This document shows, one piece after another, positions 19,706-20,000 of a DNA stretch of 20,000 nucleotides; positions within the stretch are counted from its first letter, which is position 1, and every line of letters begins with the position of its first letter. The notes under the pieces are model-generated. The model made no database searches. It saw only the letters and a list, made by a program, of their open reading frames with translations, and was not told the origin of the DNA. The position numbers were made by a program, and so were the translations under genes. The DNA comes from Malacoraja senta (Eukaryota): contig JAXLNO010000261.1 of assembly GCA_038087875.1 (NCBI GenBank), forward strand, positions 56,919 through 76,918, given 5' to 3'.

Positions 19706-20000
19706 TGGTATAAATATGGATTTTTCTAATTTCAAGTAACCCTTGCATTCCCTCTCTCTCCATCCTCCCCCATCCTAGTCCTGCTAGTTTCCCTGCCTGT
19801 ATCCCTTCGTTATCACCACCTCCACTGGCAACAATGGACCATTATAGGCTGCTCCTTTCCTGGGTCATTGGTGCTCTGATTTGTTCTGAACCTTTTCAGA
19901 CCTCTAGTTTCCCTCCACCCTATCTCTCAGTCTGAAGATGGGTCCCAACCCAAAACGCTACCTACATATTTTGCCCAGAGATGCTGCTGAACTATTGAGT
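19701..20000 (+). mobile_element. Penelope-like element 3' end (ORF C-terminus plus pLTR with decayed hammerhead)
   Basis: 19701-19739 reads YSGINMDFSNFK*, a PLE ORF C-terminus motif. From 19932: CTGAAGATGGGTCCCAACCCAAAACG...CCAGAGATGCTGC. Confidence 0.75.

Overview
Repeat-dense vertebrate DNA with no recognisable host gene. The repeat families (CR1, a HE1/V-type SINE, Penelope pLTRs, Rex1/Babar) suggest a cartilaginous fish such as a skate; this is an inference. The main feature is a structurally complete but mutationally inactivated DIRS1-type tyrosine-recombinase retrotransposon on the minus strand (7129-11932). It carries gag, RT/RNase H/DAM-like methyltransferase and YR, plus ITRs, an internal complementary region (ICR) and AAT at both ends. 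The 5' part of a second, diverged DIRS1 element (1-2014) shares an identical 43-bp terminus with it. Both DIRS elements carry a candidate spliceosomal leader intron just upstream of gag. Other features are several Penelope pLTR fragments with minimal hammerhead-ribozyme cores, a non-autonomous Helitron nested in a CR1, and several LINE/SINE remnants. DIRS1 elements and PLE hammerheads are known classes. The most novel-looking details are the leader intron, an extra 3' inverted repeat, and the exact terminal conservation.
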